This document shows, piece after piece, positions 9,157 through 17,219 of a stretch of DNA of 40,403 bases. The stretch lies in assembly GCA_050331235.1 (NCBI GenBank), contig JBHJHA010000072.1, forward strand, positions 1-40,403. The letters are read 5' to 3'. Source of the stretch: Leptolyngbyaceae cyanobacterium. GTDB taxonomy: Bacteria; Cyanobacteriota; Cyanobacteriia; Phormidesmidales; Phormidesmidaceae. A program made the position numbers and the translations under genes. A model generated the notes under the pieces. That model saw only the letters and a list, made by a program, of their open reading frames with translations, was not told where the DNA came from and ran no database searches. How positions within the stretch are numbered: the first letter of the stretch is position 1; each line of letters opens with the position of its first letter.

Positions 9157-10677
9157 ATGGATTCCGAACTGACGTCCCCCTTTCCTGCAAATCTTCGCCG
9201 CATTCTACTGGTGCTCATCTCGCTGGTGGTCGCCATCATCATGGGTAGCGCCCTCGTTGCCAGTTGGAATGAACCCCAGGTGGCCAGCCGGTTGGAACTG
9301 TATCAAACTGATTTGCTTTTGCAAGCAACCGCTTGGGAAGGGGAGGGCCTGTCAGCGGAGCAGACTACCGCCCTCAAGCAAAATCTCTTAGGCCAAGCGC
9401 CCCTCCAAGCTGCCCAGAAAAACTACGAATCTGTCCGCGAAACGGCATTGAGTACTCTCAACAAATCATCTGATGACACAGCGGCCTCGCCACGGTTGCA
9501 AGCCTCGCTAGATGATCAGGCTCAACTTTTAGACGTGCTCGATCTCCGGCTCGGTATTCTCAGTGCTGAGCAGGGCGACCTGGATGCCGCAGCAGAAAAC
9601 TGGGCCGCCGTGCAAAACCGGCAGGCGCGGGGCGATCGCCGCTGGCAAACCGCTGCTCTGCTTGAGGCGCTGTGGCAGGGAACATCGTTACCAGACAATA
9701 GCGAAACCCTGCTCACAGAGACACTCCAGGGCTGGTTTCGCACCCGCGCCCTGGCACAGTACTACACCCAAACGGAGGCAGACGCCCAACTCGCCCAGTT
9801 AAAGCAGGCCGAAGCTGAACGCGCCAACGGTTTGATTTTCACCCTGGCGGCCGTGGGAGTCTTTCCTGCGGTAGGCTCCGCAGCAGGCATCATTTTGCTA
9901 TTGGTGGTGCTTGGGCAGCGGGTGCTGCGTGGTACCGATGCGCTCCTGGCGCAAAATCGCGATCGCGGCTGGGAGACTCCCTGGACCGCAGAAACCATCT
10001 GGATAGTGGTGGTTGGGGGCTTTCTCTTTATGGGACAGTTGGTGGTACCTCTGCTGATTTCGCCTCTACGGGGCCTGCTAGCGGAGCAGGGCATCCGGGG
10101 GCAGGCACTGTTTGCCCTGGCCTATTACCTAGTCATGTCGGCCGGGGCCACTGCGGTGCTCTGGTTTGCCATCCGCCGCTACCGCCCCCTGCCAGCCGAT
10201 TGGTTTAAGCTCAAGCTGGGGGGCAGCGGTTGGCGCTGGGGGCTGGGGGGCTATTTTGTCGCTTTGCCGATCATGCTAGGGGTGTCTGTGCTCAACCAGC
10301 AGCTTTGGCAAGGTCAAGGCGGTAGCAATCCCCTGCTGCAAACGGTGCTCGAGGCCCAAGACCCTATCGCACTAGTAATTTTCTTTGCCACGGCGTCGGT
10401 CGCCGCCCCCCTGTTTGAGGAATTTCTATTTCGCGGCTTTTTGCTCCCGTCGCTGACTCGTTACCTGTCCGTCTGGGGGGCGATCGCGGTCAGCAGTCTC
10501 ATTTTTGCGGTAGCGCACCTCAGCCTGTCGGAAGTATTGCCCCTGACCGTTCTGGGCATGGTGCTGGGGGTTGTGTATACGCGATCGCGAAACCTGCTAG
10601 CTCCCATGCTGCTTCATAGCGCGTGGAACAGCGTCACCATGCTGGGACTGTTCCTCCTCGGCAGCAGCGTTAATTAA
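9157..10677 (+). CDS. CPBP/Abi-family (CAAX-type) intramembrane metalloprotease with periplasmic helical domain
   Basis: APLFEEFLFRG, FAVAH and HSAWN motifs in the C-terminal TM bundle. Start could be 9145 (TTG) or 9157 (ATG). Confidence 0.88.
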   Translation: MDSELTSPFPANLRRILLVLISLVVAIIMGSALVASWNEPQVASRLELYQTDLLLQATAWEGEGLSAEQTTALKQNLLGQAPLQAAQKNYESVRETALSTLNKSSDDTAASPRLQASLDDQAQLLDVLDLRLGILSAEQGDLDAAAENWAAVQNRQARGDRRWQTAALLEALWQGTSLPDNSETLLTETLQGWFRTRALAQYYTQTEADAQLAQLKQAEAERANGLIFTLAAVGVFPAVGSAAGIILLLVVLGQRVLRGTDALLAQNRDRGWETPWTAETIWIVVVGGFLFMGQLVVPLLISPLRGLLAEQGIRGQALFALAYYLVMSAGATAVLWFAIRRYRPLPADWFKLKLGGSGWRWGLGGYFVALPIMLGVSVLNQQLWQGQGGSNPLLQTVLEAQDPIALVIFFATASVAAPLFEEFLFRGFLLPSLTRYLSVWGAIAVSSLIFAVAHLSLSEVLPLTVLGMVLGVVYTRSRNLLAPMLLHSAWNSVTMLGLFLLGSSVN

Positions 10678-10727
10678 ACACTGGCTAACGGCACCGAACC
10701 ACTGCCACCCCAACGGGCATAGACGGG

Positions 10728-11123
10728 CTATGCGCCCTCAACCTGATCGCGATACTCGTCCGCCGACATCGCATCATCCAAATCTTCTAAGTCCTCCGCT
10801 TTAATCTTGATCAACCAAGCATCACCATAGGGATCGTCGACAATTTGCTCCGGCGAGCCCACGATGGTGTCATTGCGCTCTAACACCTCACCATCCACCG
10901 GAGATTTCAAGTCTTCCACCGCCTTCACTGACTCGACCGTGCCAAAGGTTTCTCCCTTTTCCACGGTGTCACCCACATCGGGCAGTTCTAAAAAGACAAT
11001 GTCGCCCAGTTGATCGATCGCAAACGCTGAAATACCCACCGTCACGACGTCTTCGTCTTCATCCACCCGAGCATATTCATGGGTATCCAAGTACTTCAAA
11101 TCATCGGGAAACTCAAGGGCCAT
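10728..11123 (-). CDS. gcvH: Glycine cleavage system H protein
   Basis: [27 protein letters not shown], lipoyl-lysine motif VESVKAV, DPYGDAW. Confidence 0.97.
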   Translation of the reverse strand: MALEFPDDLKYLDTHEYARVDEDEDVVTVGISAFAIDQLGDIVFLELPDVGDTVEKGETFGTVESVKAVEDLKSPVDGEVLERNDTIVGSPEQIVDDPYGDAWLIKIKAEDLEDLDDAMSADEYRDQVEGA

Positions 11124-11206
11124 GACGGTTCTCTCTCAACTATTCACACGTTGCCAGTGTCGCACGACGAATCGCCGATTCGCCTTCCCCTATATGTCAA
11201 ATCAAA

Positions 11207-12304
11207 TTAAGAAGCTTTGCGCTTGTAAAAAGGCTTCTTAATAACTTCTGCCGGGTGGGTCTTCCCCCGAATCTCTACCTCCAGCGCTTGCCCCACTTTA
11301 GCGAGCGCCGTGGGCACATAGGCCAGCGCGATGGGATATCCTAATGTCGGCGAGAGGGTCCCGCTAGTCACCCTCCCGACCGGCTGCCCGGCATGCATGA
11401 CCCGATAATCATGGCGGGCAATGTTCCGCCCGGTCATCCGTAACCCTACCAACCGCCGCTCTAGGTGCTCAGTTTGCTGCTCTAGGCGATCGCGCCCAAT
11501 GAACGCCCCTGTATCGTCGAGGTGCACCAGCCATTTAAGCCCCGCTTCTAAGGGAGTAGTGTCTTCGGTAATGTCTTGGCCATACAGCGCCATTGCGGCC
11601 TCCAACCGTAGGGTGTCCCGCGCCCCCAGCCCACAGGGCACCACCTGGTTATCATGCAGAGTTTGCCACAGGGACTGAGCGGCGGCAGGAGCCAGCATGA
11701 TCTCAAACCCATCTTCGCCGGTATAGCCCGTCCGCGCTAGAAAGGCGGGTTGGCCCAACACCGTCCCATCAATGTGGCCAAAGCGTCCCACTTTGTTCAG
11801 ATCCTCTGCCGTTACCCGCTGTAGCTGCGCCACGGCTTGGGGTCCTTGGACAGCCATCAAGGCAAAATCGCGGGATAGATCCGCAAACTCAATCTGGCTC
11901 GGCAGATACTGCTGCATCCAGGCTTTATCTTTATCCGTGGTGGCGGCATTGACGATGATCACGATGCGATCGCCTCCCTTAGGATCGGTGCCCTGGTAGT
12001 AAATGATCAGGTCATCAATAATGCCGCCTTGGGGATTGAGCAGCACTGTATATTGCGCCAGCCCTGGCTGCAACCGACTCAGGTCTGTGGGCACCAGCTT
12101 TTGTAGCTCCGTCAGCGTCCCCTGACCCCACAACTTAAATTTGCCCATGTGAGAGATATCAAACATCCCGGCTGACTCTCGCACGGCCTGGTGTTCTTGC
12201 TTGATGCCCCCATACTGCACCGGCATTTCCCACCCCGCAAACTCGGTAAAGCGAGACCCAAGAGCAGCCGAGGCATCATACAGGGGCGTACGTAGAGAGA
12301 CCAT
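11207..12304 (-). CDS. gcvT: Glycine cleavage system T protein (aminomethyltransferase)
   Basis: LRTPLY, FAGWEMPVQY, FDISHMG, RTGYTGEDGFE, GLGARDTLRLEA. Start placed at ATG 12304 (MVSLRTP). Confidence 0.96.
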   Translation of the reverse strand: MVSLRTPLYDASAALGSRFTEFAGWEMPVQYGGIKQEHQAVRESAGMFDISHMGKFKLWGQGTLTELQKLVPTDLSRLQPGLAQYTVLLNPQGGIIDDLIIYYQGTDPKGGDRIVIIVNAATTDKDKAWMQQYLPSQIEFADLSRDFALMAVQGPQAVAQLQRVTAEDLNKVGRFGHIDGTVLGQPAFLARTGYTGEDGFEIMLAPAAAQSLWQTLHDNQVVPCGLGARDTLRLEAAMALYGQDITEDTTPLEAGLKWLVHLDDTGAFIGRDRLEQQTEHLERRLVGLRMTGRNIARHDYRVMHAGQPVGRVTSGTLSPTLGYPIALAYVPTALAKVGQALEVEIRGKTHPAEVIKKPFYKRKAS

Positions 12305-12636
12305 AAATACACAGTTGAGATGAACAATCAAAGTCACGGACCTACGCAGCCAAAAAGGACAAACACTATCGGTGGTGCAGCCCAGGGAATCGTTCCATCG
12401 TCTCAAACGTCTTCAGTGCGTAAGTTCTAATTCAGATATTCAGATAATTCTATCCGGCATCCCAGCCACTTGCTGTCGTCTGAAGTCCGCCGAAAATGAG
12501 GCCGGCCATCATCAAGCGCCATGGGATTAGCCACAAAATCTATCGATCAACAGGATTCAGCTTTTTTCTAGCCTGTTAAGTTGTCGATATCTGAACTCGA
12601 TTTGATTGATCGAATATTTGCAAAGAGAGAACCTCC

Positions 12637-13761
12637 ATGAAGATTTTTGGCTTTGGTGTACAAAGTGCCGACGATCAGCTCAGCCCGGTTATGTTTCAGC
12701 GGCAAGATCCTCGCCCCGGTGAAGTCGCCATTAAAATTACCCACTGTGGCATTTGCCATTCCGACTTACACCAAGCCCGCAACGACTGGGGTAATACCAT
12801 TTACCCTTGTGTGCCGGGTCACGAAATCGCCGGTGTAGTCACATCCGTTGGGGAAGGGGTCACCAAAGTCACAACGGGCGATCGCGTAGGCGTGGGCTGC
12901 ATGGTCAATAGCTGCCAGGTCTGTGACCCGTGTCAGCGGGGCGACGAAAACTATTGCGAAGGCCCGAAGAGCTGCACGCTAACTTACAACGGCACGAAAA
13001 TTCCTGACGGCTCCAACACCTACGGGGGCTACACCACCGATATCGTTGTGCGGGAAGAGTTTGTGCTGCGAGTACCAGATGCCGTCGACTCAGAAATTGT
13101 CGGCCCGATCCTGTGTGCCGGCATTACCGTTTATGCCCCGATGAAGCACTGGAAATTAGAAAAAGGGCAAAAGCTCGGTGTTGCCGGCATCGGTGGTTTG
13201 GGTCACATGGCCATCAAAATTGGGAAGGCCCTCGGGGCAGAAGTTATCGCGTTCACCCGCAGTGAGGCCAAAAAAGACGACATCCTCAAGATGGGTGCTG
13301 ACCAGGTCATCATCTCAACAGATGATGAACAAATGGAATCGGTGGCCCAAAGCCTCCATATGATGATCAACACCATTCCAGTGCCCCACGATATTGCGCC
13401 TTATATTTCAGTCATGCGGCCGGACTCGGCTCTCATCGTTGTTGGCAATATGATCAGCTTCCCAGAATTTTCTCCAGGACCTTTAGTTTTCAACCGCATT
13501 ACCCTGGCCGGTTCCCTCATTGGTGGCATCCAAGATACCCAAGAGGTGCTGGAGCTCTGCGCTGAGCATAATATCTCGCCCGAGGTGAAGATGATCAGCA
13601 TCGATCAGATCAACGATGTCTTTGACACCTTAGCCAGCGGTGGCGACGGGGAGTTTCGCCATGTCATTGACATGGAAACCCTTAGAAACCACGAGGCCAT
13701 CAAGAACAGTCAAGCAAAAGAAATTCCTGAACCCGATCGCGGTGCAGTGGTCAACCGCTAA
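12637..13761 (+). CDS. Zinc-dependent NAD(P)H alcohol/aldehyde dehydrogenase (CAD/YahK family)
   Basis: CGICHSDLH, PGHEIAG, structural Zn CQVCDPCQRGDENYC, GIGGLGHM. Confidence 0.93.
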   Translation: MKIFGFGVQSADDQLSPVMFQRQDPRPGEVAIKITHCGICHSDLHQARNDWGNTIYPCVPGHEIAGVVTSVGEGVTKVTTGDRVGVGCMVNSCQVCDPCQRGDENYCEGPKSCTLTYNGTKIPDGSNTYGGYTTDIVVREEFVLRVPDAVDSEIVGPILCAGITVYAPMKHWKLEKGQKLGVAGIGGLGHMAIKIGKALGAEVIAFTRSEAKKDDILKMGADQVIISTDDEQMESVAQSLHMMINTIPVPHDIAPYISVMRPDSALIVVGNMISFPEFSPGPLVFNRITLAGSLIGGIQDTQEVLELCAEHNISPEVKMISIDQINDVFDTLASGGDGEFRHVIDMETLRNHEAIKNSQAKEIPEPDRGAVVNR

Positions 13762-13789
13762 CAGCGCAGCTAGCCGGAAAACAGCCCCT

Positions 13790-13819
13790 CAACGGTCAGC
13801 GTAGTGTCTTTGACCGTTG
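13790..13819. terminator. Stem-loop between convergent genes
   Basis: CAACGGTCA (13790-13798) pairs with TGACCGTTG (13811-13819); no strong U-tract. Confidence 0.45.
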
Positions 13820-13840
13820 GGTCGTTGCTTGGTAGCTCTT

Positions 13841-14716
13841 CTAGGGCTGCACCGGCGTTTCTGAGTCAGAAGCGGGCAGATCAATAGTTTCTTGTGTCCC
13901 AATTAAATCAAATGAGCGACGCAGTATCGCGGCTTGATCATGGTCAAACGTCAATGCAATATCGTTGAATTCAAACAGTAAAGTGTCGATTTCCTGGATG
14001 AATTCTGCTGCGGTAAGACCATCTGGTGAAGTCGCCTGGGTGGCCCAATAGCTCAAGATAGAATGCTTCGCATCCGAATAAGTTTCGAATAACTGACGGT
14101 TTAGGGTGATGTTGTCTTGATATCTCATCATCAACATGAGATTGCTGTGAATAAAGATCGCCCCCGTCGACAAAATAAAAAGAGTGATAACGGCATTATT
14201 GATGCGTTCCCACCCATGCTTGCTGATAAAAAATAAGCTGATGGTGCCGGTACCGGCACCGATGCATAGCGTTGTCAAGCTGACAAAGTTGAGACAGTAG
14301 AAAAGTCCCATGACTTTGCCATGGACGTTAATGCGCCAAAGCACCTGCTGCAGTTGGTCTTTCATTCTGAGCTTTTCAGCTTCAGTTGCTTGCACAGCCC
14401 CTAAACGTTGCTCTACATCTTCTGGCATTGCTTGAGGTGGGAGCCAGTCCCGCCGCAGCGAGGTTCCGTAGAGTAGCATGGCAACATTGAGGGCACCGAG
14501 AAACCCGACAAAACCGATCGCTAGCAACATATGGCCAAAGACAGTCAATTCGTGGCTCTTGGGAGAAATAATATATTTCAACCACTTAGGCAGCGAGAGA
14601 GCGTCCTGCTGACTATCAGTAAGAGCAGCCGTTTTTTCCACTTCGTTTTGAATGTCGGTCCCTTTGGTTACACCCTCTTGCAAGTTGGAAAAACTGCCGT
14701 TCATATTCGCCACCAT
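13841..14716 (-). CDS. Hypothetical membrane protein (about 3 TM)
   Basis: 291-aa ORF with one N-proximal TM and a central TM hairpin followed by a helical tail. Confidence 0.7.
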   Translation of the reverse strand: MVANMNGSFSNLQEGVTKGTDIQNEVEKTAALTDSQQDALSLPKWLKYIISPKSHELTVFGHMLLAIGFVGFLGALNVAMLLYGTSLRRDWLPPQAMPEDVEQRLGAVQATEAEKLRMKDQLQQVLWRINVHGKVMGLFYCLNFVSLTTLCIGAGTGTISLFFISKHGWERINNAVITLFILSTGAIFIHSNLMLMMRYQDNITLNRQLFETYSDAKHSILSYWATQATSPDGLTAAEFIQEIDTLLFEFNDIALTFDHDQAAILRRSFDLIGTQETIDLPASDSETPVQP

Positions 14717-15145
14717 TCGCGTCTTGTTCTATTCAGGGTTGAATAATTTTCTGAAAGCTTTGACCCTAAAATTCCCAGCTCTACTGGCCAAAGCACAAGC
14801 AATTCAGAATGGCGAATGTGGATAAATGCACGGGGTTGATTCCCACACCGTCCTGTATTGAATGCAGCGGGATGATCGATGCTATGGACGACCTGCAAGC
14901 TCATAGAATCAAACTCTGCAGGCTAGGAATTCAGGGTGGCTTGCATCATTACAGCGACGGCGTCCTTGATATGGCCGCATCGCGCTCAGTGAAGGGGGAT
15001 TGAAGCATAGATTTTGCCACGATCGCCCTCACGCTAAGTCTCTCTCCCGAACCCGAGAGAAACTTGCTTTGATTACCCTTTTCCTAAAGTTTGCAAATAG
15101 GGAGGAAAGAATGCGGAAAATCCTTAGTGAGGTACAGGCAGGGGC

Positions 15146-15691
15146 CTAATAGGGGCCAAACATGCCGTTTGCCGGTTCGTTGGGATCATCGCTAGTACAA
15201 AATGCGCGAAACAAGTTGCGGGTTTCTTCTTTGGTAAGCCAGCCATCTTGATCTGTGTCTAAGGTCGGAAAAATGCTTGGGGCATAGACGGGAGACTCAT
15301 TAAAGGCAGCGAGCAGTTGTCCCCACTCAGCTTGGCTAATTTTGCCGTCTTCGTCTTGATCAAATACGTCAAACACAAGTTCGATCAGTTCGGTAACCAG
15401 TTCTGAACAAGCCTTGTCGTCTTGCAAAACGTCCTCGTAGTAGGCCAGCCATTCGTCTATCGAGACCTGGTCATTGTCGTGGGTATCGGCCTTTTTCTCT
15501 AGCCCCTGCCACTTGCGCATCAGCTTATCTTCGAGCACGATGCACCGAGGCGATCGCTTCGACCAGTCACGCAGGGTCGAAAGCTTTTTGAACATCAGCT
15601 CAAAATCGTTCTTGACCAAGTTACCCGTGTAGTCAGAGTCATACATGCTAAAAAGCTTGGTCAGCTTACGTTTTTGTAAGTCTGTGAGCAT
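15146..15691 (-). CDS. EF-hand calcium-binding protein (calerythrin/SCP-like)
   Basis: Four EF loops: DSDYTGNLVKND, DTHDNDQVSIDE, DQDEDGKISQAE, DTDQDGWLTKEE; ends NGMFGPY. Confidence 0.9.
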   Translation of the reverse strand: MLTDLQKRKLTKLFSMYDSDYTGNLVKNDFELMFKKLSTLRDWSKRSPRCIVLEDKLMRKWQGLEKKADTHDNDQVSIDEWLAYYEDVLQDDKACSELVTELIELVFDVFDQDEDGKISQAEWGQLLAAFNESPVYAPSIFPTLDTDQDGWLTKEETRNLFRAFCTSDDPNEPANGMFGPY

Positions 15692-15844
15692 GGCCTACTA
15701 AGTTCCTCGCGCGATGGTCATATCAACATCCATCAGCCTATAGCAATCGTTCCGATTGCACCTCATCCAGTTTGGTGATTAATCAGATAACTTTACGCCC
15801 GGCGATCGCCAAGCTGAGCCTACGGCAAAATTTTCCATCACGAG

Positions 15845-15873
15845 TTGACACCTTGAGACCACGTTGCTACGGT
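15845..15873 (+). promoter_or_regulatory. Sigma70-type promoter of the DAHP synthase leader
   Basis: TTGACA (15845-15850), 17-bp spacer, TG at 15865-15866 (extended -10), TACGGT (15868-15873). Confidence 0.65.
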
Positions 15874-15901
15874 TTAGGCAGAAATATTTTTTTGCAGTCG
15901 A

Positions 15902-15955
15902 ATGCTTTTCCCCGCAGAGCGATTTTATTTTTGGTTTTTTGAGGAGGTTCACTAG
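15902..15955 (+). CDS. Aromatic amino-acid leader peptide 1 (MLFPAERFYFWFFEEVH)
   Basis: ATG 15902 to TAG 15953-15955; six consecutive aromatic codons FYFWFF; the stop lies inside the antiterminator 5' arm. Not in the ORF track. Confidence 0.85.
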   Translation: MLFPAERFYFWFFEEVH

Positions 15956-16016
15956 ATGTGACTTTAGCTTTTGCTGAAATCCTCTAGTGAACCGCAGACA
16001 AGGCTCTGCGGTTTTT
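15946..16016 (+). terminator. Attenuator 1: overlapping antiterminator and intrinsic terminator
   Basis: Antiterminator GGTTCACTAGA (15946-15956)/TCTAGTGAACC (15983-15993). Terminator AACCGCAGA (15990-15998)/TCTGCGGTT (16005-16013) plus T-run. The two share 15990-15993. Confidence 0.82.
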
Positions 16017-16052
16017 GCGTTTTAAGGAACATTCTCGACTCGATCACCCACC

Positions 16053-16124
16053 ATGCGTTACTCCGCCCCCGCTTATTACTGGTTTTTTAGCTTTTTCTTT
16101 TTCACTGGGACACGCTCCGGGTGA
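16053..16124 (+). CDS. Aromatic amino-acid leader peptide 2 (MRYSAPAYYWFFSFFFFTGTRSG)
   Basis: ATG 16053 to TGA 16122-16124; 10 of 23 codons aromatic; the 3' end overlaps the antiterminator arm. Not in the ORF track. Confidence 0.87.
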   Translation: MRYSAPAYYWFFSFFFFTGTRSG

Positions 16125-16182
16125 CACGGCCATGTATGCCTGTTAACAACCCCCGGAGCGCAACCAGCCTCCGGGGGTTTTT
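16113..16182 (+). terminator. Attenuator 2: overlapping antiterminator and intrinsic terminator
   Basis: Antiterminator CGCTCCGGG (16113-16121)/CCCGGAGCG (16152-16160). Terminator AACCCCCGGAG (16148-16158)/CTCCGGGGGTT (16169-16179), with T-run to 16182. Confidence 0.87.
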
Positions 16183-16249
16183 CAATTTCAGTTCAGTTTT
16201 GATGACGACGACCGCTCAATTCACCCACTATTTACAAGACACCAAACCC

Positions 16250-17110
16250 ATGCAAGACGCTAAACTCACTGCCAAGTCTCACGCTACCCACAGCTCTGTA
16301 GTCGCTCTCAACGAACAGGTGAGCGTGGGCGATCGCGATTTGCTTATCATCGGGGGGCCCTGCTCAGTCGAGAGTTTAGAGCAGATGGAAACCATTGCTA
16401 CTCGGTTAGGACACCAGACGGTGCAGGCCCTCAGGGGCGGCGTTTACAAGCCCCGCACTTCTCCCTACGCCTTCCAAGGACTAGGAGAAACCGGGCTGAC
16501 GATTCTCGACCGGGTGCGCCGGCGCTATCAACTGCCGGTGATCACCGAGGTCATGGCCATTCACCAGATCGAGGCGATCGCCGCCTATGCCGATGCCCTG
16601 CAGGTGGGCAGCCGCAATATGCAAAACTTCGATTTGCTGAAGGCCCTGGGAGAAATCGACCAGCCCGTAGTGCTCAAGCGAGGATTAGCGGCCACCGTTC
16701 AAGAGTTTGTCATGGCTGCGGAATATATAGCTGCCCACGGCAACACCAACATTGTCCTGTGCGAGCGCGGGATTCGTAGCTTCGACCCATACACCCGTAA
16801 CGTGCTGGATTTGGGTGCAGTGGTGGCCCTCAAGCAGCTGACCCACTTGCCAGTCATTGTTGACCCCAGCCATGCCGCTGGTAAGCGCGAGCTTGTGCCC
16901 AATCTGGCGAGAGCGGCGATCGCGGCTGGGGCGGACGGGTTGATGATTGAGTGTCACCCGGTGCCCGAGGAGTCGGTGTCCGATGCCCGGCAGGCCCTCT
17001 CCCTCGAAGCGATGGCTGATTTGGTGGAGAGCCTGCGCCCGATCGCCGCAGCCGTCGGTCGGTCGGTACCGACAGCTAACGGCGATCGCCGGCAGCTAGC
17101 CCTGGTGTAG
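16250..17110 (+). CDS. aroF: 3-deoxy-7-phosphoheptulonate (DAHP) synthase, type I-beta, catalytic domain only
   Basis: IIGGPCSVES, RGGVYKPRTSPYAFQGLG, QVGSRNMQNFDLL, LCERGIRSF, VDPSH, IECHP...SDA. Start at ATG 16250 (alternative 16202). Confidence 0.95.
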   Translation: MQDAKLTAKSHATHSSVVALNEQVSVGDRDLLIIGGPCSVESLEQMETIATRLGHQTVQALRGGVYKPRTSPYAFQGLGETGLTILDRVRRRYQLPVITEVMAIHQIEAIAAYADALQVGSRNMQNFDLLKALGEIDQPVVLKRGLAATVQEFVMAAEYIAAHGNTNIVLCERGIRSFDPYTRNVLDLGAVVALKQLTHLPVIVDPSHAAGKRELVPNLARAAIAAGADGLMIECHPVPEESVSDARQALSLEAMADLVESLRPIAAAVGRSVPTANGDRRQLALV

Positions 17111-17130
17111 CCCTAATCGCCACTGATATC

Positions 17131-17163
17131 AAAAATCGCTCTGCCCGACTGGGCAGAGCGATT
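17131..17163. terminator. Intrinsic terminator between convergent aroF and CHRD genes
   Basis: AATCGCTCTGCCC-gact-GGGCAGAGCGATT 13-bp perfect stem; the A-run at 17131-17135 gives a U-tract on the minus strand. Confidence 0.8.
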
Positions 17164-17219
17164 ATGCACAATCAGCAGACTGTGATTTCAAGCAGCAGAG
17201 CCAGACTTAAGCCATGCCC

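Noticed and set aside
12305..12636. Glycine riboswitch upstream of gcvT
   Set aside because: No GGAGA / CCGAAG / CUCUCAGG core elements seen on the minus strand.
16121..16249. N-terminal extension of DAHP synthase given by the ORF track (GTG 16121)
   Set aside because: It overlaps leader peptide 2 and terminator 2 and has no protein-like features; ATG 16250 (or 16202) is more plausible.
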